From an uncultured Chthonomonadaceae bacterium (GTDB lineage Bacteria; Armatimonadota; Chthonomonadetes; Chthonomonadales; Chthonomonadaceae): DNA of 64,000 bases. The stretch spans positions 1 to 64,000 of the forward strand of contig CAWIEK010000056.1 in the NCBI GenBank assembly GCA_963835065.1, in the 5' to 3' direction. Shown one piece after another: positions 11,508-23,355 of the stretch (position 1 is its first letter; the number at the start of each line of letters is the position of its first letter). A program made the translations under genes and the position numbers. Below the pieces are notes generated by a model. That model did not search any database. It saw nothing but the letters and a program-made list of their open reading frames with translations, and was not told the DNA's origin.

Positions 11508-14500
11508 TCAGCGCGTTGCGCCTGCCCCAAGCAGAATATCAATGATATGCTGCGCCTGCTTGCGGTGTTCGTCGGTTTCACATTCGGCAAGCGTCGCCTT
11601 TGCCCAATCCAGCGCGGTTTTGCCCTCTTTGTCCTGCGCGTTGAGGTCGGCTCCCTTACGCAGCAGCAGGCGCAAGCAATCATCGCGGGGCGGAGTGAAA
11701 GAAGGGGGTTTATCTTCGTTTTCATTATCTGTGTGCGTGGGCAAGTAACTTATGCAGGCATCCCACAACAAACGTATCAGTGGAGTACGGCCTTGATCGT
11801 CACGGGCATTGATTGCCGCGCCTCTGTCGAGCAGCAATTGAATCAGAGAATAGTTGAGTGTATAGATGTTGGCGGCAAGAATTAACGGTGTTGCGCCCGA
11901 CTTGTTGCGGATATTCGGGTCGGCTCCCGCATCCAGCAGCAGGCGAGCCATCTCCACGGAAACGGCGAGGTGCAAAGCGGATTCTCCCTCATCATTACGC
12001 GCGTTGATGTCGGCTCCATTGTGAAGCGCAAACCGCCATATAGCCTGTGATTCAATACGGGAGTTCACAAGCCACATCAGGCTCGAGCCGCCATTTTGGT
12101 CGCGTTCGTCAAGGCGTAATCCTCGCGCCATCAGCATACGCAGCATGGCAATACGCCGCGTTTCTGCTTTACGGCGCGACGTTTCCGTGCCGTTGTTGCT
12201 GCCCGTGATGGCGTAACGCAGCGCGGTTATGCCGCCTGAATAGTTGTTTACATTGCGAACGCTCGTGTCAGCGTGTTGGGCAAGCAGGAAATTGAAAACG
12301 TCGAGAGAAGCGTATTCCGCCGCCATCATCAGTGGCGTCTGGTTATAAAAGGGCAGCAATTCATTGATAGGGATGCCGCGCCGCAGCCCTTTACGGACAC
12401 CTGCAACATCATCCTCTTCAATCGCCTTGCAGAAACGCCCCATAATTTGCCGGGAAATTGGTTTCGGCTTTGTGGCGGCAGGCTTTGTCGCCGCCGGTTC
12501 CGTTTTCCATTCGCAAAAATTCCAGCCATCCATGTACACAATGCGCTTGACGGGCAGGCGACCCGAAAAAGGGCTGATGTTGAGCAGGCGCAACGTGTTA
12601 GGCACGACGCGCAGGGTTCGGTAGGGATTTCCATGAAACGTATCGGTCTGGTCGGCGGTGTTGAAGTGGCCGTTCGCCAGTTCTATGAAAACATACCGGT
12701 CGCTGACTACTATCGGCATACTCCTCCAATTGACCAGAGAAAGCGTGATGCCCGTAGTGTCAAGCGAACTTGGTTTTGCAGGGTCAAACGCGCCGGGATT
12801 GCCGTAATGCAGGTCGGCATAGATTGCCAGATTATTGGCGTGGCGCGCGTTCGGCGGAACAATGCGGGGCAGGGACGTGGGAACGGTGGAAGGCGCAGAG
12901 CGCGTATGCGAATCCTGGTTGCTCAGATTGTACAAAGCCCCGACATCGCCCGCATTGGGATTGAAGCAAACGTTGAACTTCAGCCTGTGCGCCAATGCGA
13001 GAATCGGCACGAACGGAAGGGGCGGCAGGCGCGCGTCCGTATCCGCTTCGCTGTCGGGAGAATCGGGACTTGTCGTATCCAGTCGCGGCGCAATGAAAAG
13101 CGCAAAAGGCTTGCCGTTGCAGGCCGCGCTCCGGCTGCCTAATTTCAGGCGAAACACAAGCCCCGGCTTTTGCAATGTGATAACGCCTGTGGCCGCGTTA
13201 ATACGGGGTTCCAGCCCCATAGGAATGGCAGCATACAGCGGAACCAGAACTTCCTCTTGGACCTTGTACGCATCGGCAATCCTAGTGCCGTTGATGCTCA
13301 GGGTTACAGTTTTGCCAACAGTCGTTGTATCTTGCGGCTTTTGCATTGCCGGATCGGAGTTTGCCGGCGCGCGGGCGACGATTGTGTTGATATTAGCGGA
13401 TGCGCCGGCAGTTGACGCCGATGTTGTGGAAAGCGTCTTCACGCGCTTGCCTGTTGTCACGTCATAAACATGAACGCGGTTGTTCGACACATCTACGGCG
13501 ACAATCAGGCCGTTCCACAGCAGAACGCTGAGTAAATCCGCGCGGCCAAGCGCAATCGAGGAACGTTTGCCATCCGGCAGGTGAACCACGATCACGCTTC
13601 GGGAATTTCCCTGATCCGTTCCGAAAACCTCCATTGCCAGGTACGGCAGGGTATTGCCGGGTGAGGGAAGCGTAAGACTGGACTCGCCGTTGTAGCGCTG
13701 CCAGTCGCCGGGAACAGGCATGGAAATGTGACGTTCCATATCATGAACCCAAACAGGAAAGCGCGTCTGCGTGTTTGGCCCCGTCCCCAGCACAAGCCAG
13801 CGATTGGCAACAATGTCGAAGGGATACAGCGGCTGCGGAAAACGGGCGACGCTTGCTCCCATTTTGCCGTTTGTGTTGATTTCCACCAGTTCACTTGCGC
13901 GGGCAGGGTTGGAACGCGCGTCCGGGGCAGACAGGGGAGTCAGATCATCGGGAGCGCCGGGATGTGTCAGCAGCAATAGCCGCTTGTTCCAGACAAACAG
14001 GCGTGAAAGGTGACGAGGTATAGTGTAGGGCGAACCGTCCGGCACGTCCAGGCACTGCAGCATGGTCAGTTTCAGGACAGGAGCCGTTTCGACGCGCACG
14101 AGTTGCTGCGATTTGAGCGCCTGCCCCGATCCGCCCGCAGAGTGGGTCGTCAAAATGGCAAGCAGCGCGCCATTGAACAACATGGCATCGTCCAGTCCCA
14201 CAGTCAAACCGTCATGGCTGTTGGTATAGCGTATGTAGTTGCCGAATGTATGCCCGTTCCATTTCGAGTCATCCGGCAACCATTGTTTCAGCACGTTGGC
14301 AAGGGAAAGTTCCTGCGTTTGTCCGGCCTGAGAGCGAACACGCAGGCCGGTTTCCTCTGTTGGCAAGGTAACGACATCGCCATTGGGCAGATGAAATTCC
14401 GTGTTGCTTCTGGTCAGCAGGGCGTCGTCTTGGTTTGGCAGTTCGCCATTTTTAGACGGCAGAGCGTCAAGCGCGGTCAGAGCAAGCCGCGCCTTGTTTG

Positions 14501-14651
14501 CCACAAGAAACCAATGCCCCTGCTCCTGTTTTAATGCAAGCGCGATTGGCTTATTCGCATGGCGTGGCGTTCGGGGCGGCAGGGCGAACGTGTGCTGCGC
14601 GAACAGCAACGCAAGACAAAACACGCCAACAATGCGGATAAATCGGTTCAA
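11508..14651 (-). CDS. Secreted multidomain protein: propeller-like N-terminus, copper amine oxidase N-terminal-like stalk, C-terminal ankyrin repeats
   Basis: Signal peptide; TPLMMAA, GESALHLA, GATPLILA, GRTPL and GKTALDWA ankyrin repeats. Confidence 0.8.
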   Translation of the reverse strand: MNRFIRIVGVFCLALLFAQHTFALPPRTPRHANKPIALALKQEQGHWFLVANKARLALTALDALPSKNGELPNQDDALLTRSNTEFHLPNGDVVTLPTEETGLRVRSQAGQTQELSLANVLKQWLPDDSKWNGHTFGNYIRYTNSHDGLTVGLDDAMLFNGALLAILTTHSAGGSGQALKSQQLVRVETAPVLKLTMLQCLDVPDGSPYTIPRHLSRLFVWNKRLLLLTHPGAPDDLTPLSAPDARSNPARASELVEINTNGKMGASVARFPQPLYPFDIVANRWLVLGTGPNTQTRFPVWVHDMERHISMPVPGDWQRYNGESSLTLPSPGNTLPYLAMEVFGTDQGNSRSVIVVHLPDGKRSSIALGRADLLSVLLWNGLIVAVDVSNNRVHVYDVTTGKRVKTLSTTSASTAGASANINTIVARAPANSDPAMQKPQDTTTVGKTVTLSINGTRIADAYKVQEEVLVPLYAAIPMGLEPRINAATGVITLQKPGLVFRLKLGSRSAACNGKPFALFIAPRLDTTSPDSPDSEADTDARLPPLPFVPILALAHRLKFNVCFNPNAGDVGALYNLSNQDSHTRSAPSTVPTSLPRIVPPNARHANNLAIYADLHYGNPGAFDPAKPSSLDTTGITLSLVNWRSMPIVVSDRYVFIELANGHFNTADQTDTFHGNPYRTLRVVPNTLRLLNISPFSGRLPVKRIVYMDGWNFCEWKTEPAATKPAATKPKPISRQIMGRFCKAIEEDDVAGVRKGLRRGIPINELLPFYNQTPLMMAAEYASLDVFNFLLAQHADTSVRNVNNYSGGITALRYAITGSNNGTETSRRKAETRRIAMLRMLMARGLRLDERDQNGGSSLMWLVNSRIESQAIWRFALHNGADINARNDEGESALHLAVSVEMARLLLDAGADPNIRNKSGATPLILAANIYTLNYSLIQLLLDRGAAINARDDQGRTPLIRLLWDACISYLPTHTDNENEDKPPSFTPPRDDCLRLLLRKGADLNAQDKEGKTALDWAKATLAECETDEHRKQAQHIIDILLGAGATR

Positions 14652-14681
14652 GGCTGATCTCCAAAAGCGGCTGGCTGGCTT

Positions 14682-16749
14682 TCATTCTTCATTTTCAAGC
14701 ATCCACCAGGAGGTATTCGGCAGCGTCTTATGAACGATTTGCAGGGTGCGGCGACGGTATGCGCCATCCCTGCCGACCCACTCTTGAATACGATAAACAC
14801 CTGCCTCTTTAGACGCATGTTCAGTGACAATCGCGCTTGCATACGTCCAGCGCGTGATAATAAAACCATCCGGCGGTTTCCTGCACATTCGGCTTCGTGA
14901 ACTTGCCGACGCGCCAGGCGCGGGGCGACACAATCCCGAATTCTCCCGAATGGTCGGAGTGGAAATGCCAACTGCTTTCCACGCCATACCGGGGCAGGCG
15001 GCTTGCGTCACGGCGGGAAACGATCTCCACTTCAGGGTTCGGCCAGAAGTAATACATCTGCGGCGTGGTGCGCAGCCGGACGTAGCGCAGGGCCGCCGCC
15101 TTGTTGGTAATCCTCACATTCCCGCGCAACTGGTTCAACTCCCATGCGATCTGCTTTGTAACCCTGCGCTTACTATCTCGATGAACCACAATCACGCGCT
15201 CCCGTGACGCTTCCATGTAGGACAGGGGCGCAACCATGTTTACATAAATTTGCGCTCCCCGTACAACACCCGGCAGATGAACGCGCTCCCCGTTGCCATG
15301 AAAAACGATTGTTGCTTTGCTTCCATCGGGATATGTCGCCTTGATCGCCTCCATCTTCCACTTTGCAACCTGTTCCTTTTCTTCAGGCGTCAGGGATGAT
15401 GTATTAGCCGGGGACTGTTTTTGGCCTGAAGTGAGCAGGGCGGGGATGGCATACGCGCAAATCGTATTTGGATCGGTCAGGATTAGCAGCGTATCGCCCT
15501 CTACAGCAGTATCCTGGATCGGAAGATCGAATAAAACAGGACGCGCCACGCCGGTACGCGCCTTGATATACGTGAGCGAAGGCAAATCGCCGTGTTTTGG
15601 CGTTAAGGACGAAACTATCGCAAAACAGCCTTCCCGATAAGGCTCTGCTAAAGACAGCCGGAAGGACGAGTGTTCCCCCGTCAGCAGGGCTTTTGAAGTT
15701 TTGCTCCATAAAGGTTTGCCGTCCCGAAAGCGAATGGCGTAAAAGGTATCGGGATAGCCCATTGCCAGGCATAAGCCCGTTCCCGGCACATTCACTACAG
15801 TTTCAATTTTGCTGGACGGCTGCGTCGCATTACCGGAATCTGGATCGGTGGAAAGCACAGCGGGGAACTGCCACTGCGCGCGGCCCTGCGCGTCCCTCCC
15901 GACGAGGTACTTCGGCCACTGCGAATGTCCCACGCCATCATCATCGGTATCTATGCGGACGACGCTGATGCCACTCTGCGTCAGCGTTTTGAGAGAATTC
16001 GCGGAGATAGCGGATTCAGGCAGCAATTCGATAGCTCCCGTATCTGCCCGCAGGCGCATTCGGGGAAACTCGACTTCCGCCGTGCCGCCATTAGCAGCAA
16101 GGATTTGGCGCAGTTGCGCGCGGCCCGCCTCCGTCTTTTCCGCAATGGTCGCGCCCGTGACCACGTCCGTAAAACTTTGCGGATGACGCCCCCCTCTAGC
16201 GTCGTACCGTTTTGTTATCAGGACACCGTTGGCGACCTCAATCTCTATTTTCATATTGTCCTGCGGCGCGTCATTTCGCCACAGCGTCTTCCCCGTCCGC
16301 GCCGCAACGCTTTCCAGCGTAAACCGCCGGGTGGAAAGCGTACTGGAACCTGCTCCGGTGGGTGTAGGATTAAGCGTCGTCACCTGCTCCGTATGCTGGA
16401 GCAGAAACGCGGATTCTCCACTTCTGCTTCGCGCCGTGCCGATTACCATCCATCCATCGCCTTTGCCCGGTTTGGCGTACCCGGCGGAATCCAGCATCTG
16501 CAAATGGCCTTCCCGCTGCCACAGGATTGCGCCCGCGCGCCTGTCCAGCGCCAGCAGGCCGCTCCCGCCGTCTGCGACAAGCACAATGTCGGGCGTGACC
16601 GTAACCAGGGATACGGTCGGTCTGTGTTCCGATATGTGCGCTCCTCGAAGCGGGAGGGTTTGCGTCCACAGCGACCCAGGCGCTTGATGTTTTTGAGCCT
16701 GCGCGATACAAGTCAACATCAGCATATAGATGGTAGACAGAGTTTTCAT
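14682..16749 (-). CDS. Secreted PQQ-like beta-propeller protein (probable frameshift near 14870)
   Basis: MKTLSTI signal peptide; ALDRRAGAILW and RTGKTLW repeats; GHSQWPKY motif; a sensible C-terminus continues in the frame of ORF 14682-15011. Confidence 0.7.
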
Positions 16750-19494
16750 CGTTTCTTCTTTCGGCGCGGCGTAACCGGATAAGCGCGTGGCGCAGGTACG
16801 GACGGTGTCAAATGGGGCATGTTGTAAGCCGCTACCGTGCCGTCGCTGTGAACGGTAAACAAGTCTTCGCCTGCAATAAGAAAATTGTCGCAGGCGGGCA
16901 AGCGTCCGCAGGACTGCTGCTGTCCGGTTCGGGCGTCTATGTATGTCAATCGGCCTGATTTCATAAGCGCGAAACAGCCCTGTTTCCAGGGGCGCAGAAT
17001 AGTGATTTCCCCTGCCGGTTTGCGCCACAACACGCGGCCATCTGCCGCCTGCATACCGGTCAGATTGCGCTGCTGCGCCTGATACGGCGTTCGGCTGATT
17101 GCAAGCACCGTGCCTGAATCGGCAATCACCTGCGCCTGCTCCACGTCCTCAAAATCGTGCCCAATCTGCCCCTTCTCGGCGGTGAAACCCTTGCCGGTCG
17201 CCAGGTCGAAGTCTACGCCGGGAAGCAGAAGGTGATTGGGAAACTGCCAGGCCGTTCCGCCCTTGCCATCCACGCCATAAATATAGCGCGGCCACACGGA
17301 ATGGCCGGCAAAATCGTCGTCCATATTAACGAGAACCACGCCTCGCGCAACTGTTACCCCCAACACGTTGGCGTATCCCCCGGTTGGTTTGGAAGGGCTT
17401 TGCACGATGCCCGTATCCAGATGCAGCAGGCGCGGCCACTGCGGCCCCGTTTCGAACAGGACAAGCGGGGAGCCATGCTGAACGCAGGCGCGTTTCAAAG
17501 CGGCTTTGGCTTGTGGCGTATCCGACGCCATTGGCTGCCCGGTGAAAGCGTCCAAAAAACCCGCATGGCTGCCTTTTTCTCGCGGTTCCCACCGTTGCGT
17601 TTTGGCGTTGTAGGCTGCTTCCGCATAGGCAAGCGCGATGACACTGCCGTAGACGCCCACCATCTGCGGCTTATCCTCCCGCCGTGCCCCGGCGAAGGAC
17701 GCCTGCCACAACTCGCGCCCTGTTTCCGCTTCAACGCCATGCAGTTCTTCTTCCGGCCCGGCATACCGTTCCTCCGCATTGCGGATGGGAAGCAGCGCTT
17801 TCAAGACAACGACGCCGCTTCCATCCTGCCGGGCTGCCGTTCCGAAATACTGCCATGCGGCGACTGCCGCGCTTTTCAGCGCTGCCTGTGGTCCTGCGTT
17901 CGCGCTCGGAGCCGTGCCAAAACCGCCTTTCACGCCGCCATCCGGGCGAACATCAGGAACATTCGAGAGAATACGGGAAGTATCGCCCTCGCCCGCTTCC
18001 TCTGTCCTTTCCCTGCGCCAGAGTTCCCGTCCCGTGCCCCGCTCAAACGCCACAACCCCTTCCCTTCCCCTACGGTACGCGCCGATTATGACAACGCGGG
18101 GAGTAACCGCAACATCACGATACCCTGTCTGCTCGGAACTGCTGTTGTTCCGTCCTCCTGTTTTGTACTGTGGTTCGGGGTGGTAGATTTGCCGGGGAGT
18201 CAGAACCACAGGTTCCATTTTCTGCGCCAGAACTCCGCGTTTCATTTTCTGCGCCGAAGCCGTGTTTCGCGCCGAACGCGCGTGAAGGGGCGCGAAGCAG
18301 TACATGTTTCCATCGCCGGAGCTGGCATAAACGCGGCCCTGCGCAACGATGATGTTGGTTCCCCATAGCCCCGGCTGCTCATACTTCCACCGCAATTTGC
18401 CTGTATCCACGTCGAAGGCGTAGAAGCCGCCTGTTACCCTGTCGTCTGCTCCTCGCGGACGCGCGCCCGCCATATAAACCAGCCGCCCCGCGCCGATAAC
18501 GCACACGCCCTGTACGCTCGGCGCGCATTTCCAGACCGTTTTGCCGGTTGCGGCGTCCAGAGCGGAAGACGACTCGATCAGCCGCTCGCGTCCTTGACTA
18601 TCTTTCACAAGGCAATGCCTCATTTCGCGCGGCCCGCCTGACAGCCAATTTTGCTTATGCGTATCCAGGTTCCAGGATTGCATAGAACCCATCCAGCCCT
18701 TGATAATCAACTGACGCCCTGCAACAATCGGGTACGCATTGCCGCCATCGGACCACCAGGTATGCGCGGTAAGGGTATCGGCATCGCGCGCATCCAGATG
18801 ATGACTTAAACCCTGATACACCATTTTGCCGTCACAGGCAGGCGGGCCAAATCCCCACTCCTCTACGCCACTGATTGCTTGAGCAACAGGCTTGCCATTC
18901 CGCGCGTTCCACGCTTTCAAGGCTCCCACTGCCATACCCGCCTCGCCTGTTCTCGGGAGCAGCGGCGTGTAAACGAACGATAAGTACAGCCGTTCGCCAC
19001 TCACAATCGCGCCGTATAGCGCGCCCCATGATTTCAAGGTGCCGCCCAGCGGCTGCGACCACTGCGCGGTTTGCGTGTGCCAGTCATAACTTTGCAGGCG
19101 TCCGCCCTCGGTGCCGCGCCGCGTCGCCCCGCTCAGGACAATCAGGCGCGACCCTTGCAGATACAGGGGCAGGGCGTCTTGCAGCGTCCACAATCTCCTG
19201 CCCGCCGCGTTAAACAGGAAGGTTTTGGCGGTGCCGGTTAGTGGAACCGGGGTAACTTGCGGCGCAAATGGCTCCCCCGGAAGAAAGCAGAACAGACGCG
19301 GCAGGCGTTGTTTTTACATGCCAGAGCAGGCGCAGCGGCGGCTTTACCGTCTCATCCGTTGCGGCTGTATTGCGGGCGTCATAACTCATCATGGGCCAGT
19401 CATCCGCCCGGCAAGGCACACCCTTACCGCTCATAAACGCCATCGCGCTGTAACTCAACAGCATACACGTCCACCTTCCAGCCGTTGACAACAT
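16746..19494 (-). CDS. Secreted PQQ/BamB-like beta-propeller protein (frameshift near 19220)
   Basis: RBS AGGAGGG before ATG 19494; DWPMMSYDARNT..PPLRLLW N-terminal motif; many DxxTGKxxW blades. Confidence 0.75.
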
Positions 19495-19596
19495 TACTTT
19501 CCCTCCTTTTAATCCATAGTATGCGCGACGTGGCGTGTCCGAAAGCGTGTCCCAAAACAGCAAACATTGTGTCACGGGAGAAATTGCCTGCTTTGG

Positions 19597-21513
19597 CTAT
19601 GGCTTGCCGGAAAGCAAAGACTTTCGTATAGGCGCAGGCGCTTGCAGGGAAACGTTGCGTATCCAGAGCGTGGCGTGTTGGCTTTCACTCCTTTCTATGG
19701 CCGTGCCGCCGAGACACAGGACGGCGCGAATGTCGGTCTTATCGGGGAACAGCGTAACCGCAACGCGCTGCCACGTTTCGGCAGGATGTATCTCTCTGTA
19801 CTCGTTCAGCGTTTCTGATGAGGAGTTGAATGGCTCCGTTTGCGCGTGGAACAGCCCCGCGAAGAAGTCTGCTTTCGGGTTGTCGGTTCGCGCCTCGAAG
19901 ACGAAGCGATAGGATTGTCCTTTGAAGACGGCAAACGGCAGGCTGGCAATGCCCCCCTGAAACGTGCTTCCCGACGTGCCGATTTCGATTCGCGCCGCGC
20001 CGTCTTCCATCCGGTAACTCTGGACGGCCTGCCCGAACGTTTGCCATGTATTCAGGTCATTGTCGAGCGGAAGTAATCGCGCAATCGCCGCCGGTTTGCG
20101 GGCAAGCATTGCGGCCTGATGCTGCAATTTTTGCGTGGTTCGCAGAGCGGGAAAAGCGGCAAGGGAGTAGGCGCGGAACGTACCAGAAGCCGTTTGTACA
20201 AACAGCGTGTCGCCGCCGACCGTCACCTGCTGCACAGGCAGATTAAACAAGAGCGGAATGGTTTTGCCCGTCAGCGCGGAAATGTAAACAATGGTCGGCG
20301 CATGAGGGAGAGTGTTCGGTTTGCGGCGAGGTTGGTCTGAGGACGGGGCGTAGGCAAAACACCCGGCTCCGTAAATGGCGAACGGCATTTCCGGCGTATA
20401 GTAAGAGTAGGTCAAAGAGGGAAGCGCGAGAGGCAGGCGGAACGGAGCCGAAGAGAGTTTCCAGAGTGTCTTGCCGTCGCGCAGGCGCAGGCCGTAAATG
20501 GTTTTTGCTGTGTCTTCGGCCAGAAACACACTCGTATTCGGAACCGCAACTACGTTGCGCATCAGGCTTTCCGGTGCGCCCATTGTATCGGGAGCTTCCT
20601 TGCTCCAGGCCGTTTTGGTTGGAAACCGCCAGAACTCGCGTCCCTTTGCGTCCGAACCCACAAGATACTTGGGCCATGACGAATGGCCTGTAAAGCCTCC
20701 AAACGGTTCGGCTTGCGACACGATAATGCCGTTTTGCGTGAATTGCGGGGAAATATAACCTTGTCCGACATCCGGCATCGGGATTGTTTCCGACGTTCCT
20801 GTATCGGCGCGCAGCCGACGCACAGGCGACACATGGTTTTCCAAAATCGTGCCGCCTTCGGAAAGCAGAATACGCCGCAGTAATGCGCGGCTTCGTAACA
20901 TGTTGCGACTTTGTCGCGCATCCAAATCCATTGGTTCACCGGTTTGCGCGTCCAGATACTCCCAATGGGTTTCCCGATAGGTTCCGTTTGAACTGCGGCT
21001 TGTTGAGGGTACAAGGACGACGCCATGACGCATAAGAAGATAGGGAGGAGGCGGGCCGGCGTAATCTTTGCGCCACAGCCTTTGTCCGGTTGCGGCTTCT
21101 ACGCCATGCAGCGCAAAGAAAGTGTCCTTTGTCGGTTGGGATTTTTGTGTTCCGATCTGCAAAGGCGCGGGATCGGCGCGAACCAGCACGACAACGGCAT
21201 GTCCCTGCGCGTCGCCCGAAGTTCCCACCACATCCCACCGACTGCCCCGGTCTTTTAAAGTGGAAGGAGAAGACTGGAACGCCCACCGCTCTTTCCCGGT
21301 TCGAGCGTCCAGCGCCGTGACCGTGCCGGGTTCCGAAACAATCACCGCCACTTCGGACGCTGCCGCCGCAATCCGCGCGTCCGGCCTGTATTCAGAATCC
21401 GAAACACGCCGCGACGAAATCTTTGCCGTCCACAATGGCGCAGGCGCTTTGGGCGGCATAGCCTGCGCGACACAACTTAACATCAGCAGGCAGACAGTCA
21501 GCAGCGTTTTCAT
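19597..21513 (-). CDS. Secreted PQQ-like propeller protein with a C-terminal carbohydrate-binding (CBM4/9-like) domain
   Basis: MKTLLTV signal peptide; ALDARTGKERW; GHSSWPKY; C-terminal GQSYRFVFEAR...WQRV...LWIRNVSL jelly-roll pattern. Confidence 0.75.
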   Translation of the reverse strand: MKTLLTVCLLMLSCVAQAMPPKAPAPLWTAKISSRRVSDSEYRPDARIAAAASEVAVIVSEPGTVTALDARTGKERWAFQSSPSTLKDRGSRWDVVGTSGDAQGHAVVVLVRADPAPLQIGTQKSQPTKDTFFALHGVEAATGQRLWRKDYAGPPPPYLLMRHGVVLVPSTSRSSNGTYRETHWEYLDAQTGEPMDLDARQSRNMLRSRALLRRILLSEGGTILENHVSPVRRLRADTGTSETIPMPDVGQGYISPQFTQNGIIVSQAEPFGGFTGHSSWPKYLVGSDAKGREFWRFPTKTAWSKEAPDTMGAPESLMRNVVAVPNTSVFLAEDTAKTIYGLRLRDGKTLWKLSSAPFRLPLALPSLTYSYYTPEMPFAIYGAGCFAYAPSSDQPRRKPNTLPHAPTIVYISALTGKTIPLLFNLPVQQVTVGGDTLFVQTASGTFRAYSLAAFPALRTTQKLQHQAAMLARKPAAIARLLPLDNDLNTWQTFGQAVQSYRMEDGAARIEIGTSGSTFQGGIASLPFAVFKGQSYRFVFEARTDNPKADFFAGLFHAQTEPFNSSSETLNEYREIHPAETWQRVAVTLFPDKTDIRAVLCLGGTAIERSESQHATLWIRNVSLQAPAPIRKSLLSGKP

Positions 21514-23078
21514 AATCTCTTCTTTCGGCGCGGCGTAACCGGGCGAGCGCGTGGAACAGGTACGGGAATGGGCGGTATCAGGCGGGGCAGGTCGTAAGCC
21601 GCTATCGTGCCGTCGCTGTGGACAGTAAACATCTCCTTGCCTGCAACGAGAAAGTTGGCGCAATCGGGTAATTTTCCGCAGGATTGCTGCTGCCCGGTTT
21701 GCGCGTCTATGTACAGCAGTTGCCCCGATTCCATCAGCGCGAAACAGCCCCACTCATAAGGCCGCAGGAAACGTATCGCGCCCGCCGGATTGCGCCACAA
21801 CACGCGGCCATCTGTGGCGCGCAGGCCGGTTGTTTTGCGTTTCTGCGCCTGATAGGGCGTACTGCTGCTCACAATCACGGTGTTGGCAGCCGCAATCACC
21901 TGCGCCTCGGCAACATCCTCAAAGTCGCGCCCGACCTGCCCCTTCTCGGTGGGGAAACCCTTGCCGGTCGCCAGGTCGAAATCCATGCCGGGAAGCAGAA
22001 TGTGCGTGGAAAACTGCCAGACCTGTTTACCCGCTGCATCCGCGCCGTACACATAATGCGGCCACACGGAATGACCGGCGTAATCATCGTCCATGTTGAC
22101 CAGAATCACGCCCCGGCTTGCCGTCACGCCAACCAGACTGGCGTAACCGCGCGGCGTATCAAGGGGTTGTACCGTTCCCGTATCAAGGCGCAACAGGCGG
22201 GGCCTGTCCGGCATGGCGAAAGACAGGGCAAAGGATGAACCATACTGTTCACACGCCTGCTTCAGAGCGGCTTTCCCTTCCGGCGTGGAGGGGAGTATCG
22301 GCTGCCCGGTAAATGCGTTCAGGAAATTCGCCTGATTGCCGCCTTCCCGACGCTCCATCCGCTGCGTTTTGGCATTATAAATTTGATCATCGGGGACGAG
22401 CGCAATGACACTGCCATAGATGCCAATCGGCCTTGACCTGTCTTCCGAACGCGATTCAGACAATGGTATTTGCCACAGTTCGCGCCCGGTATCGGCCTCA
22501 ATACCGTGCAGTTCTGCCTCCGAATCGGGCTGTCGGCCCGCCGGGTTTGGGGCAGGATTCCAACTTATCACGACAATAACAGCGCTTCCATCCTGCCGCG
22601 ACACGGCTCCTGTAAGCCACCATGCCGCGCGCGCGTAATTCGTCTGCGGGAGGCGCGGCGTCAAGTCCGCGCCGGGGACGTCACTGCCAAACAACCCTGT
22701 CCCGCTTAGCTTGCCCCCATTCAGCGCAGGGCTATGGTAGGCAGAGCCGTTCGTGCCGGCGTCTGCCGTCCTTTCCTTCCGCCACAGTTCCCGCCCCGTA
22801 CCCCTATCAAATGCCGCCACGCCCACAGGCTGATTGCCGTAATCATGCAGGCCAACGGCAATCACGCGCGGCGTAACGGCGATGCTCCAATTTCGCGCTT
22901 TATGTTCCGAAACGCTTTGATTGCGCGTACCCAAGTTAGCCTGCGCTTCCACGCGGTAGGTTTGCCGGGGAACGAGAGCGGCCTCGGATGCGGGTGGTTT
23001 CTGGCATGGCGCGGCAATTGCCGCCAACGCGCCGAACAAGCAAATCGGCAAAAGAACGATAGCAGGCAGCAGTTTCAT
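21510..23078 (-). CDS. Secreted PQQ-like propeller protein, paralog of the C-terminal half of 16746-19494
   Basis: Shared NMDDD(F/Y)AGHSVWP, DFDLATGKGF and PVTPRRKKR segments. Confidence 0.8.
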   Translation of the reverse strand: MKLLPAIVLLPICLFGALAAIAAPCQKPPASEAALVPRQTYRVEAQANLGTRNQSVSEHKARNWSIAVTPRVIAVGLHDYGNQPVGVAAFDRGTGRELWRKERTADAGTNGSAYHSPALNGGKLSGTGLFGSDVPGADLTPRLPQTNYARAAWWLTGAVSRQDGSAVIVVISWNPAPNPAGRQPDSEAELHGIEADTGRELWQIPLSESRSEDRSRPIGIYGSVIALVPDDQIYNAKTQRMERREGGNQANFLNAFTGQPILPSTPEGKAALKQACEQYGSSFALSFAMPDRPRLLRLDTGTVQPLDTPRGYASLVGVTASRGVILVNMDDDYAGHSVWPHYVYGADAAGKQVWQFSTHILLPGMDFDLATGKGFPTEKGQVGRDFEDVAEAQVIAAANTVIVSSSTPYQAQKRKTTGLRATDGRVLWRNPAGAIRFLRPYEWGCFALMESGQLLYIDAQTGQQQSCGKLPDCANFLVAGKEMFTVHSDGTIAAYDLPRLIPPIPVPVPRARPVTPRRKKRL

Positions 23079-23099
23079 AACGATTTCCTTTACCGGCGG

Positions 23100-23210
23100 A
23101 TGTTGTCTTGAACCCTGATTTTTCATGGTTAGGATGATTGCCATGATGAACGCGCCCGTGTAATCATGGTAATCACATAGATCATGAAAAATCAGGGTTC
23201 AAGACAACAT
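23100..23210. repeat. REP/MITE-like element with 28-bp perfect inverted repeats
   Basis: ATGTTGTCTTGAACCCTGATTTTTCATG (23100-23127) and its reverse complement (23183-23210). Confidence 0.85.
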
Positions 23211-23355
23211 TCGCCATTTTCCTGTGGTAACGTTGTCTCCGGCTCCGATGTGACGGGCGCTTTCAACGCTTCTTCATTGCGCCACACGCGCAAAAATCCC
23301 CTGCTTCCAACAGGCAAGACCGTGAGTAAGCAGGGGCAGTAAACACACCGAAACG

